Shown here: one piece after another, positions 52,265 to 64,000 of the stretch
Layout: each line of letters begins with the position of its first letter
How positions within the stretch are numbered: position 1 is the first letter of the stretch
Assembly (NCBI RefSeq): GCF_963921235.1
Contig: NC_086097.1
Span: forward strand, 196,356,001-196,420,000
DNA: 64,000 nucleotides
Direction of reading: 5' to 3'
From: Mobula hypostoma
Taxonomy: Eukaryota
Position numbers and translations under genes: made by a program
The notes under the pieces: generated by a model
The model's database searches: none
The model's input: the letters and a program-made list of their open reading frames with translations, nothing else
Told to the model about the DNA's origin: nothing

Positions 52265-52370
52265 AGTTTTAGATTACACTTAGAATCAAGTCCTGAATGT
52301 AGTCCAGAAAAATACACTTCTACAACATTATCGCTAAAACCTGTTAAAGAGCAAGTGGAGAGTGAGTCAG
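52265..52370 (+). CDS. ESCO1: ESCO1 exon (SFRLHLESSPECSP...)
   Basis: TTCCTTCAG acceptor and CAG|GTACAG donor, phase 0/1. An alternative donor lies after 52361. Confidence 0.82.
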
Positions 52371-52883
52371 GTACAGTTGAATAAATTATTATTGTATATC
52401 AAGAAAGATAATGTTCATGGACCTGTTTTTGGTCTGCTATATGAGTGAATGTTAGTTACATTTAATTTGTACTTCGAACATTGTTCATAGAAACTGGAAT
52501 GCAATTTACAAAACTCATTCACATAATGCTTCAGGCATCAGAATTTGTGCCTCTATCAGATTCAAATTCTGATCCCCACCAACTTTTCCATTCATACTTA
52601 TTATCTCCTCTCCAGTTCTCATGTACCCTATCAGCCAAAGAAATCCTACTCGAATGTTTCATTTCCAGCAGTGTAATCAAAGCTGCTATTTCTATGTCAA
52701 GATATAAATTGAGTAGGCACTTTAAGATGGTGTACTTTAAATTTTTATTGATTTGAATCTGTTTGAACTTTATGAACCAATTGTGTATGGGTATAATATG
52801 TTCAGTCTGTCTAATGTTCATATAATTAACAATACTTGTTGGCAGTTCAAATGTTATTTTTGTCTTGTTCAATAAAATTGTAG

Positions 52884-52953
52884 GGTCATTGCTGAAGGAA
52901 ACTGTACGGACTCTCTTCAGTAATCCAGATTCCTCGGAAGTGAATAATGAAAG
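52884..52953 (+). CDS. ESCO1: ESCO1 exon (GSLLKETVRTLFSNP...)
   Basis: TTGTAG acceptor and AAG|GTATTT donor; phase 1/2 fits the neighbouring exons. Confidence 0.78.
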
Positions 52954-53157
52954 GTATTTGTCATGGTTTTAGAATAGCTACGTGGGCATAATTTACATGA
53001 ATAATACATCTTAGGGAAAATCTAATATGTAGTTTGCTTATGTATAATAAGCAATAAGGTTGCTCGTGGATAATTGCTTTACTTCTACAGTAGGGTGCAC
53101 TAATTATACCCACACAGCCTGTTAAGAGCAGCTCAAAATTGGTTGCCCAGTTTTCAT

Positions 53158-53943
53158 GATTCAAAGTACATTTATTATCAAAGAGTGTATAAGTTATACA
53201 CCTTGAGATTTATCTGCATACAGGCAGCCACAAAAGCAAGAAACCCGAAGAACCCAATTTGTTAAGAAAAAGAAAGATCAAAACCACTGTGCCGAGAACT
53301 GAAAAAAAAGTCATGCAGACAATAGAAGCAAGTACTAAGATCCACTCCCTGGAGCAGCCAGAGTAGGCTCAAGTCTCAGTAGTACAGCATCTGGAGTAGT
53401 TCACCGCCAAGAGATGAATGAACATCGTGGAAGAGCAAGCAAAATCGGCCTGACTGACCCTCGCCTCCGGTCCCAGCCATCAGGCTTTGTAGTCTTTCTG
53501 GGCCAGCATTTAAATTGTCTAAGCATCAGGTAGTGCCTTGTTCTAGGACCCGGCCCCTGGTATAGCACAACACTTGGGCCACCTAGTCTGAAACCGTTCT
53601 TAATCTCACCAAATCTGCTCGGTGCTTGAAGCAATCTTAAGTGGACGGGGGCATCAAAACTCTTCCTCATCGACTCCTCTCCAAATCGCTTACTCCAACT
53701 CCGTCTCCAACAGCAATAGTAACTCTGTCTGTGACCATGTCTTGAACATATTGTGCTTCGGCTTTGCAGTGCACCAGCACGGTTCATCCTTTAAATCAGT
53801 TTTGCCTCTGTTTGCTTCTTCATTGTGGTGGTAGTTTAGCACAATTTTCTTCAGAAAAGGTGTTATTAGTAACGTTTTTAGTCAAATTTCTTGCCTCAGT
53901 AAGTTTATGCATACCTTTGGTAGTGCCATCTTAAACTGGAAGA
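53158..53943 (-). mobile_element. Non-autonomous retroelement with Rex1-type 3' tail
   Basis: Minus strand starts CTTCCAGTTTAAGATGGCAC and ends TTGATAATAAATGTACTTTGAA, like the other Rex1-type tails in the window. No coding remnant recognised. Confidence 0.5.
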
Positions 53944-54349
53944 TCTTGTTGAATATTGCTATTCATGTAACAATTGTATACTATTGATTATTTGAAGTTA
54001 AAAACAGATCAAGAAGAATGGAAACATGAGATAGTCTAGATAGTCTACCCATCATCAAGAACATGTATACAGAAAGATGCTGGAGAAGGGCCAGTAACAT
54101 CATGAAGGATCCCGCACACTGCTCATGGGTTGTTTGTTCCACTCCCATCTGGGAGGAGGCTACATAACAATCGCAACAGGACCACCAGATTCAAAAGCCA
54201 TTACTTTCTCCAAGCAGTAAGACTTCTAACATCTCCACCCACTAACTCCACTACTACTTTATTATTTCTCATCAGTCGCCTAATGTACATTTAGCATCAT
54301 TTTTTTGGACGTACAATCAATCTATGCATATAAGCTATCTTATATGTTT

Positions 54350-55680
54350 TACAAATTACAATGGGAGATAGAAAATGCATTTCAAAGGGTGCAGGATAAA
54401 TGCATCCCAGAGAATAAGTAGTATTTTAAAGGCAGAATGTTGCAAATGTGGCTGTCAAGGGCAGTCAAACCTAACATAAAAACCAAAGAGAGGACATGTA
54501 ATAGAGCAAAAATTAGTGGGAAATTGGAGGATTGGGAAGATCTTAATAATGAAAAAGTTCAACTAAAAAAAAATCATAGAGGAAAAAGATGAATACCAAG
54601 GTAAGCTAGACAATAATACCAAAAAAGATACCAAAAGTTTCTTCAGGTATATAAAGAGTAAAAGAGAGGAAAGAATGGATATTGGACCACTGGAAAATGA
54701 TGCTGGAGAGGTAGTAATGGGGGAGTAGGAAATGGTGGATGAACTGAATAAGTATTTTGCATCAGTCTTCACCGTGGAAGACACTAGCAGTATGCCGGAA
54801 GTTTGAGTGTCAGGGGTAGAGGTGAGTGAAGTTACCATTACTAGGGAGAAGATTCTTGGGGAAACTGAAAGGTCTGAAGGTAAATAAATCACCTGGACCA
54901 GATGGTCTACACCCCAGGGTTCTGAAAGGGGTGGCTGAAGAGGCATTAGTAACAATCTTTCTAGAGTCACTAGATTCTGGCGTGGTTCTGGAGTACTGGA
55001 AAATTGCAAGAGTTACTCTGCTGTTTAAGAAGGATGACATGCAGAAGAAAGGAAATTATAGGCCAGTAGTCTGACCTCAGTGGTTCGGAAGACATTAGAC
55101 TCTATTGTTAAGGTTGTGGTTTTGGGGTACTTGGGGGCACAGCTTAAAATAGGGCTGAAATCAGCATGGTAAATTGAGGGAAAATCTTGCCTGACAAATC
55201 TGTTGGCATTCTTTGAAGTAACAAGCAAGATGGACAAAAGGAGAATCAGTGGAAGTTGTGTCCTTACAGAAGGATTTTGACAAGATGCCACACATGAGGC
55301 TGTTTAACAGGTTAAGAGCCCATGGGATTACAGGAAAGATACTAGCATGGATAGAGCTTTGGCTGATTGTCAAGAGGCAGAATGGAAGTAAAGGGAGCAT
55401 TTTCTGGTTGTGGAGAGGATGTTGCCTATTCTGGTGGAGTCAGAATAAGGGACCACCATTTAGGATGGAAATGAGGAATTTCTTCAGCCAAGAGTGGTGA
55501 ATCTGGAGAATTCATTGTCACATGCAGTTGCGGAGGCCAAGTCATTGGGTATATTTAAGGGCATGAAGGGATACGAGGAGAAGCCGGGAGACTGGGGCTC
55601 AGAATGAAATGAATCAACTATGATGAAAACGCAGAGCAGACTGGATGGGCCAAATGGCCTACTTCTGCTATATCTTACGG
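54350..55680 (+). mobile_element. CR1 LINE, old, internally deleted
   Basis: LKGLKVNKSPGPDGLHPRVLK, KGNYRPV and FDKMPH motifs; CR1 tail at ~55670. Confidence 0.85.
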
Positions 55681-56646
55681 TTTTGTATTTATATCTTTTG
55701 TGTATTTTATTATTATTATGTTCTTTTCTGGTTATTTTCGTGGTGCCGCATATCCGGAGTAGCAATTATTTCATTTCTCCTTACAGTTGTATACAGGAAA
55801 TGATATTAAACAATCTTGAATGTAGCACAACAGTGTTTTATCAGAACATATATCCAATCTATCCCAAACATGATGCACTTAGTTGAGTTCTATTGGTCTT
55901 CAGTTTATGAAGCTAGGCTACACTTTCTTCTGTTTTCCTCAATACTGCCACCTCTGGTTAATCTGATCTTCTACTGGGTTGAAACATGATTTGGAATTGA
56001 TTCTTGGCATATGATTTCATTGGGCAGTTGATTGACCATACAAGAAAAAATGTTCATACGAATGACAGATTCGATTATGAGATTGGCCGATTTAACTAAA
56101 CTGGACAACTAAGAAAACCATGAAGTTGCTCTTCATTGCAACTTCAAGTGCCCAGGATCATTCACTCCTGATGTCTGAGGTAATGCATGATGACTACTAC
56201 AACTAGACAATAGAACACAAATCATTTATGGACCATAACAAGGCCCTTTTCACACTATTATTTTCCCCAAATTCTTCAGTCATCGAGATTTCTGTAATTT
56301 TTTTTGAATTTTTGTTTTTTCAACTGCTGCAAGATAAGTAAAATTTAAAAATTGTAAATTAATATGAATCCATGTACCCTCATCACTTGCTACTCAGTAT
56401 ATGTTTTTTTTTATTAACCTAATGGCTTCTCCTTGCCATCGCACTGATTTTTTTTATTAACCTAATGGCTTTTCCTTGCCATCACACTGATATTGAGAAG
56501 ATTCATATTTCTGAACACAGTAAATATTAATTACTAGTGTTGCTAGTCAACTTTGTCTAAATGTAAATAGTAGACGAGAAAGTGCGGTTTGAGAAATTTG
56601 TTTATATCTTTTAACAAACAATGTGTCAACTTTTATTCTTTCAAAG

Positions 56647-56770
56647 TGTATCTTTGTCTAATCAGCTAACCATAGCGAAGAACACAACAATTCCCCTTGA
56701 ATTTTCTGTACAAAAAGAGGCCAAACTATCAGACAATGCAGATGGAGGTGGGCTTCAACAAACAATCCTT
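56647..56770 (+). CDS. ESCO1: ESCO1 exon ending in the PIP-box half (QQTIL)
   Basis: TTCTTTCAAAG acceptor and CTT|GTAAGT donor, phase 2/0. Joins DSGQK to form QxxLD[A/S]GQK. Confidence 0.88.
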
Positions 56771-57774
56771 GTAAGTGGAGATCTGAAATCAATATAAGAA
56801 ATCAATACTAGTTGTAAGCCTTATTTCTGAGTTGACTTGCTTTAAGCAGTTCAATCTGAACAGTCATTTTAAGGTTGAAAAATTGCAATACTTTAAAAGG
56901 GCCACCACTGAAAATGTAATCTGTATCATTATTGTCAGTGCTGTTAAGAGACCTTCAATATGGCAAAAGTGGCTTTACGAGTTGGTAAACAAATGCCTGT
57001 GTTTGAATTTCATATGAATACAATGAAACAATTTTTCTAGCAAACTTGGAACTTTTGATGTTGGACCAACAGATTTTTGTGGACTATTATTCAATACCCT
57101 TGATTCAGTTTTTAAAAAGATGTTACAAAGTAATATTTCTGGAAATTTGTGAAGTTTCAAGGGAGAGTGTCCAACAAAACCAGCTGAGTTTAAAGCGAGT
57201 GCTGGGATTGGAGGAGGATGTGGAATATCAATGATTGCAGAGTGCAAATGTCAAAGTATAAATGCCAGACTATCTGGATTTATGGGTGGCAGATTATAGA
57301 AGTATTACAGTAGTTATGTATTTTCTTGTCTATAAATTAGTAATCAGTCTGGCATAAAATGTCATGAAATAACCTGAGTGTCTTCTGGATTTAATAAATT
57401 GCCATAGGATTAAGCAGTTCTTGATATGTAGAGATGATTGAGAGGAAAGCAAATGGGTGAGTGGAATTTGTTTCCTGAAAACATTATGGTATCTTCCATT
57501 AATTTTTGCAAACTGCATCAATGCTTCCTTTCTCTTTCAATTGGATAAAATAAGATTTTTGAAGGGAAAAGCATTGGGAGATTGAGAAATTGACTGGTGT
57601 TAATTCAGATTGCTACTTGGGTAAATAAGAACTTAATTACACTTTATAATATTTTTTCTGTTAATTAGTACATGGGAATCAGAAAGAAATAAGAATAGTA
57701 AATTAGACATTTGAAATTTTAACAAATTTTATGCATAAGTTAATGGATGTGAATCTGAATATGTTTATTTCTAG

Positions 57775-57906
57775 GATTCTGGGCAGAAAAGGATTGGAGC
57801 AATTTCTTGCACTACATGTGGAATGCTTTATGCAGCTTCTATCCCAGAAGATGAAGCTCAGCACTTTAAGTTTCATAAACACTTTATTAGTGCTGTAAAA
57901 TATGTG
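57775..57906 (+). CDS. ESCO1: ESCO1 C2H2 zinc-finger exon
   Basis: DSGQKRIGAISCTTCGMLYAASIPEDEAQHFKFHKHFISAVKYV; canonical AG/GT. Confidence 0.97.
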
Positions 57907-58665
57907 GTAAGATAATAGAGCATTGCAGCATAAACTGGATGTGTATTTATGCAATGCAATACAATCAGTTGACCATTCAGAAATATTCCCTACATGTGAC
58001 ATATAGGCTTTAAAAAAAAAGCATAGGTGAACTTTTCCTCCCAATAGTACCTCCCTTTGGGTGTTCCCCCCCCCCCCCCAAACTACCTTCACTCCATTAG
58101 TTTGTAACATCCTATTCAAGCTATAATATTTATTACTCCACAGGAGAAGGTGACTAATGCATTTTTCAAAGTAATGTAAGTACTGCTTCTTGGATAGTAG
58201 CAAGGATGCCTGTGGTATCAACCTGCTGAATGCCTTTCTGATCTTTCTCCTCTTTTCAATTCCTGTCCAAAAATTTATCTTCATTCCCATATGTCAGGGA
58301 TTGGTGTTACAGGATGAGCAGATTTAATTCACGTTCTGAATTCTGAAATTAGGCCATTGTTCTATTGTGAAAGCTCTTAACCAGGGGAAAAAAGGCCCTT
58401 TTGTTAAATTACAATTCTGTCTATTAGGAAACTAAATATTGTTTTACTAGGCCAAAGTATCCAGTAAACCTGACATAAATTGAAATTAGTGGCATTGAAT
58501 AACGTATCCTGAAATCCTTGTGTGTAATAATTTGGATCCTGCATCAAAACTAAAATTTATTGGAAGCATTATTTTATCTGATTATATTGCTGGCTATTAT
58601 AGTCTTATTAGAAAAATTATAGTATGAGTCATAAAATCACTTCTAAATGTATACTTTTAACCTAG

Positions 58666-58755
58666 GGTTGGAAGAAGGAGAGAATTTTAGGTGAATATCC
58701 TGATGGTAAAATAATAATGGTTCTTCCTGATGATCCAAAATATGCCCTTAAAAAG
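58666..58755 (+). CDS. ESCO1: ESCO1 acetyltransferase exon
   Basis: [30 protein letters not shown]; canonical AG/GT. Confidence 0.97.
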
Positions 58756-59388
58756 GTAATCTTGTTTTTTATTCATTTAGTTCTGTTTCTGTACTTCGGT
58801 TTGAATTGATTCTTAGAAGTTTATCAAGATTTTGGGATTGTCTGAAATGTTGCTTCCTATTAAATGATTTCAGTTTGATTGCAAATGGCATGGGCATGAT
58901 TATTCCATTTTTTAATATTTAAAATATTGTGTATCCCCTAGCAACACAATATACCAAAATCTTAAGAAAAATGGAGTTAGTAACATTGGGTAAAATGCCC
59001 CGAAGATCCTTGTCCACAATGATCTAAATGCTGCATCAAAACAAATAAAAGTGGGATTATTTAATGCTGCCTGAGGTTTTTCTTGTGCTCTGAGATGGCA
59101 ATTAAATTTTTCACCATAAATCATTTAGCAAGAAATTGAATGCCAGAATTACTTAGCAGCTAACATGTTTGTCTTGGTCAAAGGCAAACTGAACCTCTGT
59201 ACCCTGTATTTTCTGTTTTAGTGCCTTGCTTTTATTATATCTGAATGGAATCTGACATGCTTGTTGCTTTTAAGATGTGTGTAAACCGAGGACTATTGAA
59301 AAGATGTAACGTTATTTTAATGTTTAGGTGGAATAATTGAAGGGTGAATTCAGTAATTGGTTTATTAAGATTAATATATTCATGACAG

Positions 59389-59532
59389 GTTGAGGAAATT
59401 CGAGAGATGGTTGATAATGACCTCGGGTTTCAGCAGGCAGAACTTAAGTGTCCATCCAGAACAAAAACTCTTCTCTTCATTTCTAATGATCGGAAAATAG
59501 TTGGCTGTTTAATTGCAGAACACATACAGCGG
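59389..59532 (+). CDS. ESCO1: ESCO1 acetyltransferase exon
   Basis: VEEIREMVDNDLGFQQAELKCPSRTKTLLFISNDRKIVGCLIAEHIQR; canonical AG/GT. Confidence 0.97.
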
Positions 59533-59770
59533 GTTTGTAATTTCTAACTTTGCTTAAAAGCTGCAGAACTGTAAGTGTTGAATTTGTACCTTGATTGTAG
59601 CATGTATAAAACCAATACAGAGTTTAATTCCAACACAACTTGTATTAATACTTATGTTTTAATTTTTTTCCTGAACCCTCTAGTTTGCACCCAGTGAATA
59701 ATTTAATTGACTCTGTTCAGATTCTTTAAATTACTGAAAATTAATTGATTTTACTGTTTTACCCACGTAG

Positions 59771-59955
59771 GGCTTCAGGGTTATAGAAGATAAAGCTACT
59801 CAACAGTCACCAAATGATGCAATTATGCTTGAACGTCAGCGAGCATGGTGCTGTTCAACCAATCCAGAACCTGCAATTTGTGGAATAAGTAGGGTTTGGG
59901 TCTTCAGTATGATGCGACGAAAGGCAATTGCTACAAGAATGACCGACTGCCTTAG
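59771..59955 (+). CDS. ESCO1: ESCO1 acetyltransferase exon (acetyl-CoA-binding motif A); final exon lies outside the window
   Basis: GFRVIE...AWCCSTNPEPAICGISRVWVFSMMRRKAIATRMTDCL; AG|GTAAAG donor. Confidence 0.97.
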
Positions 59956-60829
59956 GTAAAGGACAAATTTGTACGTGTGTGTGTGTATTTAGTGTATTTT
60001 TAAAATGTACACATTTGATGATTTTTATCTCAACAATTTGTATTGTTTCTTAAGTAAAAGTGAGAAATGATGAACAATGCACTGATTTTTTTTCTTTCAA
60101 GTCATCAATCCAGCATCCACAATACTGCCATGTTCCGTTTAGCACTTTGGATAATTAGTCATGTGTACCCGTGATTTCAAAATCTTGTGTTTAGATGTAC
60201 AATTTAATAAATGTAAATTTTTGGGTTGAAGCACTATTTTATAGATATCTTAAGATCTGCATCTGATTTGGAATATGTTAAGTTTTTTTGGCCCCATTTT
60301 TGTGGAATAGGTTTTGTGTCACTTAATGACACCAAACTTAATGCAACAAAACCTATGTATAACACCCCCCCCCCAACCGCGTCCTTCCTACCTTGATAAC
60401 TATTTGTTACCCCTCTTTGAGAATTTGAAGATCTAGCTGCTCTTCCTCAGTGTATCTTCACTTTTCCTCATTCTTTTCTTGCTGGTCAGGGTGTCTCCTG
60501 ACGACAAAAATGAGAATTGGGAACTCATTTCCTGTAGTCCTTGTCTCCAGGTATCAGGATAGTAAGCATAATTTGTTGCTATTAATCTTGAACCCTTTGA
60601 TTAATACAGGCTACTGAGGGTGCTAAAGTTTGGGTGGAATGCTGGATGTCAAGGCTTCTGATAGCATGAGAGGATAAACTAACTTGCACAACATATTGTC
60701 TAGGATCAGGTTTAAAATCACTGGCATATATCGTGAAATATGTTTGTTTTGTGGCAGCAGTATGTTGCAATACATAATGAACTACAGTACATTGAATGAA
60801 TGAGCCTCTTTCGGTCAGGGTCAAACATG

Positions 60830-61374
60830 TATGTTAGACCTAGCTATCTAGATACGCAAGCCTGGGCAGTACGATGTGGAGAGCAAGCTGTTGCCCATGT
60901 AGCAAGTTCCCCCTCCCCACACATCCGATGAACTCAAAGAAACGGCAGAGACTGGTGAACTTTGATACCAGCAGTGTCGTAGAAGTTGCCAGTCAGAGTT
61001 GAACTCAATGTAGGATTGCCTTAGGAACTCCGGTTCCAAATACTTCCCTCTGGTTTTACTCCTGAAGTCTCCCCCATGAGTGGCTATAGTCGCAAGGTAG
61101 CGGAGGTTTGAGATTAGAGTTTTCCTTCGAGATGAGCTGCCAACCAATGCTGCTGAGCCCTGTTTGCTTGAAGTGACTGATTTTATGGCATCAGTAACCT
61201 GCCTTTGCCTCTTGTCCTATCAGTAGAAATGGTTCTGCTGTCTTTAGTAGCTAAGCCATACGTGAAGGCCAGGAGCTGGACTTGGTTGTCAGAGGCTTTA
61301 TGAGGTGCGTGCCATTGGGAGTATTGAATAGGTAGTGGGATTACCACCCCCGGCTATAACAACTTTGAGGAATC
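60830..61374 (-). mobile_element. Probable RTE-derived non-autonomous element
   Basis: GC-richer ~540 bp block interrupting a LINE tail. Its resemblance to RTE 5' UTR sequences is from memory only. Confidence 0.4.
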
Positions 61375-61986
61375 GCATACATTACAATAAGAAATATAAA
61401 TATATATATAATAAAAACACAGTGAGGGTACAAGGGTTCATTGTCCATTTGGAAATCTGATGGCAATGTGGAAGGAACTGTTCCATTATTTGAGTGCCCT
61501 TGCGAATATTTTTCCACTTAACATGTGATCAGTCCAGTAAATTCTTGAACACTTCACATGGAGCAATTCCCTTCTTATTGCATCGCTTATACCAAGGCCC
61601 CATTTGAATTCTCATCATTCCCATGCATTCTGATTCTCTGACACATCAAGTTTGCTGTTTATTGTTACAGATCTAGGTCTGCTGATAAACCCAAGTTAGC
61701 ACCTGTGTTCAGTAGAGCTTTATACTTCTTTCCACACAATGACTTCTCCCATTCTGGCATTTGTTAGTGACTTTGACCTCTATCTCTACTGATGATTCCA
61801 TTTTCAGGATGTACTGCTACATAATTCTCTGCCTATAGTTAATACTTTTCTCAGTGGTGGTTCAGTAACATATACCCTACACAACTCTCCCTCACTTGAA
61901 TCCAAATCACGCGCTAGTCTCGACACCATCATTATGGTGTTGAGGTCCTCTTCGACGTCAACGATGGACGAACAACCCTACAGATA

Positions 61987-62208
61987 TACAATTAGTGGCT
62001 ACTTTATTAGCTATGTCTGTATACCTCATTAATGTAAATTTCTAATCAGCCAATCATGTGGCAGTACCTCAGTGCATAAAAGCATGGAGACATGGTCGTG
62101 GTTCATTTGTTGTGCAGACCAAACATCAGAACGGGGAAGAAATGTGATCTAAGTGACTTCGACTGTGGAATGAGTGTTGGTGCCGGACGGAGTAGTTTGA
62201 ATAACTCA
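61987..62208 (+). mobile_element. Left part of a second Tc1 copy, cut by the CR1 insertion
   Basis: Homologous to 33151-33375 (TIR and GKKCDLSDFD...GAGRSSL). Confidence 0.8.
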
Positions 62209-64000
62209 TAAACTGTTGAGTAGTAGTGAGGTCAGAGATGGTATTAAACAGGAAATTAGAAATGTGTGCAATAAAGGAACAGCAGTTATAATGGGTGACT
62301 TCAATCTACATGTAGATTGGGTGAACCAAATTGGTAAAGGTGCTGAGGAAGAGGATTTCTTGGAATGTATGCGGGATGGTTTTTTGAACCAACATGTCGA
62401 GGAACCAACTAGAGAGCAGGCTATTCTGGACTGGGTTTTGAGCAATGAGGAAGGGTTAATTAGCGATCTTGTCGTGAGAGGCCCCTTGGGTAAGAGTGAC
62501 CATAATATGGTGGAATTCTTCATTAAGATGGAGAGTGACATAGTTAATTCAGAAACAAAGGTTCTGAACTTAAAGAGGGGTAACTTCGAAGGTATGAGAC
62601 GTGAATTAGCTAATATAGACTGGCAAATGACACTTAAAGGATTGACGGTGGATATGCAATGGCAAGCATTTAAAGGTTGCATGGATGAACTACAACAATT
62701 GTTCATCCCAGTTTGGCAAAAGAATAAATCAAGGAAGGTAGTGCACCAGTGGCTGACAAGAGAAATTAGGGATAGTATCAATTCCAAAGAAGAAGCATAC
62801 AAATTAGCCAGAGAAAGTGGCTCATCTGAGGACTGGGAGAAATTCAGAGTTCAGCAGAGGAGGACAAAGGGCTTAATTAGGAAGGGGAAAAAAGATTATG
62901 AGAGAAAACTGGCAGGGAACATAAAAATGGACTGTAAAAGCTTTTATAGATATGTAAAAAGGAAAAGACTGGTAAAGACAAATGTAGGTCCCCTGCAGAC
63001 AGAAACAGGTGAATTGATTATGGGGAGCAAGGACATGGCAGACCAATTGAATAATTACTTTGGTTCTGTCTTCACTAAGGAGGACATAAATAATCTTCCA
63101 GAAATAGTGGGGGACAGAGGGTCCAGTGAGATGGAGGAACTGAGCGAAATACATGTTAGTAGGGAAGTGGTGTTAGGTAAATTGAAGGGATTGAAGGCAG
63201 ATAAATCCCCAGGGCCAGATGGTCTGCATCCTAGAGTGCTTAAGGAAGTAGCCCAAGAAATAGTGGATGCATTAGTGATAATTTTTCAAAACTCGTTAGA
63301 TTCTGGACTAGTTCCTGAGGATTGGAGGGTGGCTAATGTAACTCCACTTTTTAAAAAAGGAGGGAGAGAGAAACCGGGAAATTATAGACCGGTTAGCCTA
63401 ACGTCGGTGGTGGGGAAGCTGCTGGAGTCAGTTATCAAGGATGTGATAACAGCACATTTGGAAAGCGGTGAAATGATCGGACAAAGTCAGCATGGATTTG
63501 TGAAAGGAAAATCATATCTGACGAATCTCATAGAATTTTTTGAGGATGTAACTGGTAGAGTGGATAGGGGAGAACCAGTGGATGTGGTATATTTGGATTT
63601 TCAAAAGGCTTTTGACAAGGTCCCACACAGGAGATTAGTGTGCAAACTTAAAGCACACGGTATTGGGGGTAAGGTATTGGTGTGGGTGGAGAATTGGTTA
63701 GCAGACAGGAAGCAAAGAGTGGGAATAAACGGGACCTTTTCAGAATGGCAGGCGGTGATGAGTGGGGTACCGCAGGCTCAGTGCTGGGACCCCAGTTGTT
63801 TACAATATATATTAATGACTTGGATGAGGGAATTAAATGCAGCATCTCCAAGTTTGCGGATGACACGAAGCTGGGTGGCAGTGTTAGCTGTGAGGAGGAT
63901 GCTAAGAGGATGCAGGGTGACTTGGGTAGGTTGGGTGAGTGGGCAAATTCATGGCAGATGCAATTTAATGTGGATAAATGTGAAGTTATCCAGTTTGGTG
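62209..64000 (+). mobile_element. Young CR1 LINE ORF2 (EN C-terminal half + RT), runs off the window
   Basis: IMGDFNLHVDW, LGKSDHN, KSPGPDGLHPRVLKE, NYRPVSL, DFQKAFDKVPH and SKFADDTK motifs. Apparent 1-nt deletion at ~63775 in the VPQGS codons. Confidence 0.95.

Noticed and set aside
61180..61374. HDV-like ribozyme at the 5' end of the RTE-like fragment
   Set aside because: Could not assign P1-P4 and L3 consistently by eye; it needs a descriptor or covariance-model search.

Overview
Vertebrate genomic DNA, most likely a cartilaginous fish (ray-like; inferred from the CR1, Rex1/Babar, RTE and Penelope repeat landscape). There are three main components. (1) At 815-11966 on the minus strand is a complete but decayed Ty3/Gypsy (Mag-like) LTR retrotransposon with both LTRs, a GAAAC target-site duplication (TSD), a tRNA-Ser primer-binding site (PBS) and a polypurine tract (PPT). 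Its 5' leader holds about 6.2 kb (~133 copies) of a 47-bp CpG-rich tandem repeat, which generates the spurious 500-1200 aa ORFs in the track. (2) At 12-24 kb is a dense nest of LINE fragments. (3) From about 24.3 kb to the end on the plus strand is the cohesin acetyltransferase gene ESCO1. It has a CpG-island promoter, a coding exon 1 (MVAQKRK), a ~21-kb TE-filled first intron, a 2.5-kb basic exon, and the PIP-box, C2H2 zinc-finger and GNAT exons; the last exon lies beyond the window. The most notable unannotated signals are a set of Penelope-derived minimal type I hammerhead ribozyme motifs, several in 110-185 bp TSD-flanked inserts (some hairpin-shaped), and the large satellite inside the retrotransposon leader. 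All coordinates were read by eye, and TE boundaries lacking a TSD are approximate.
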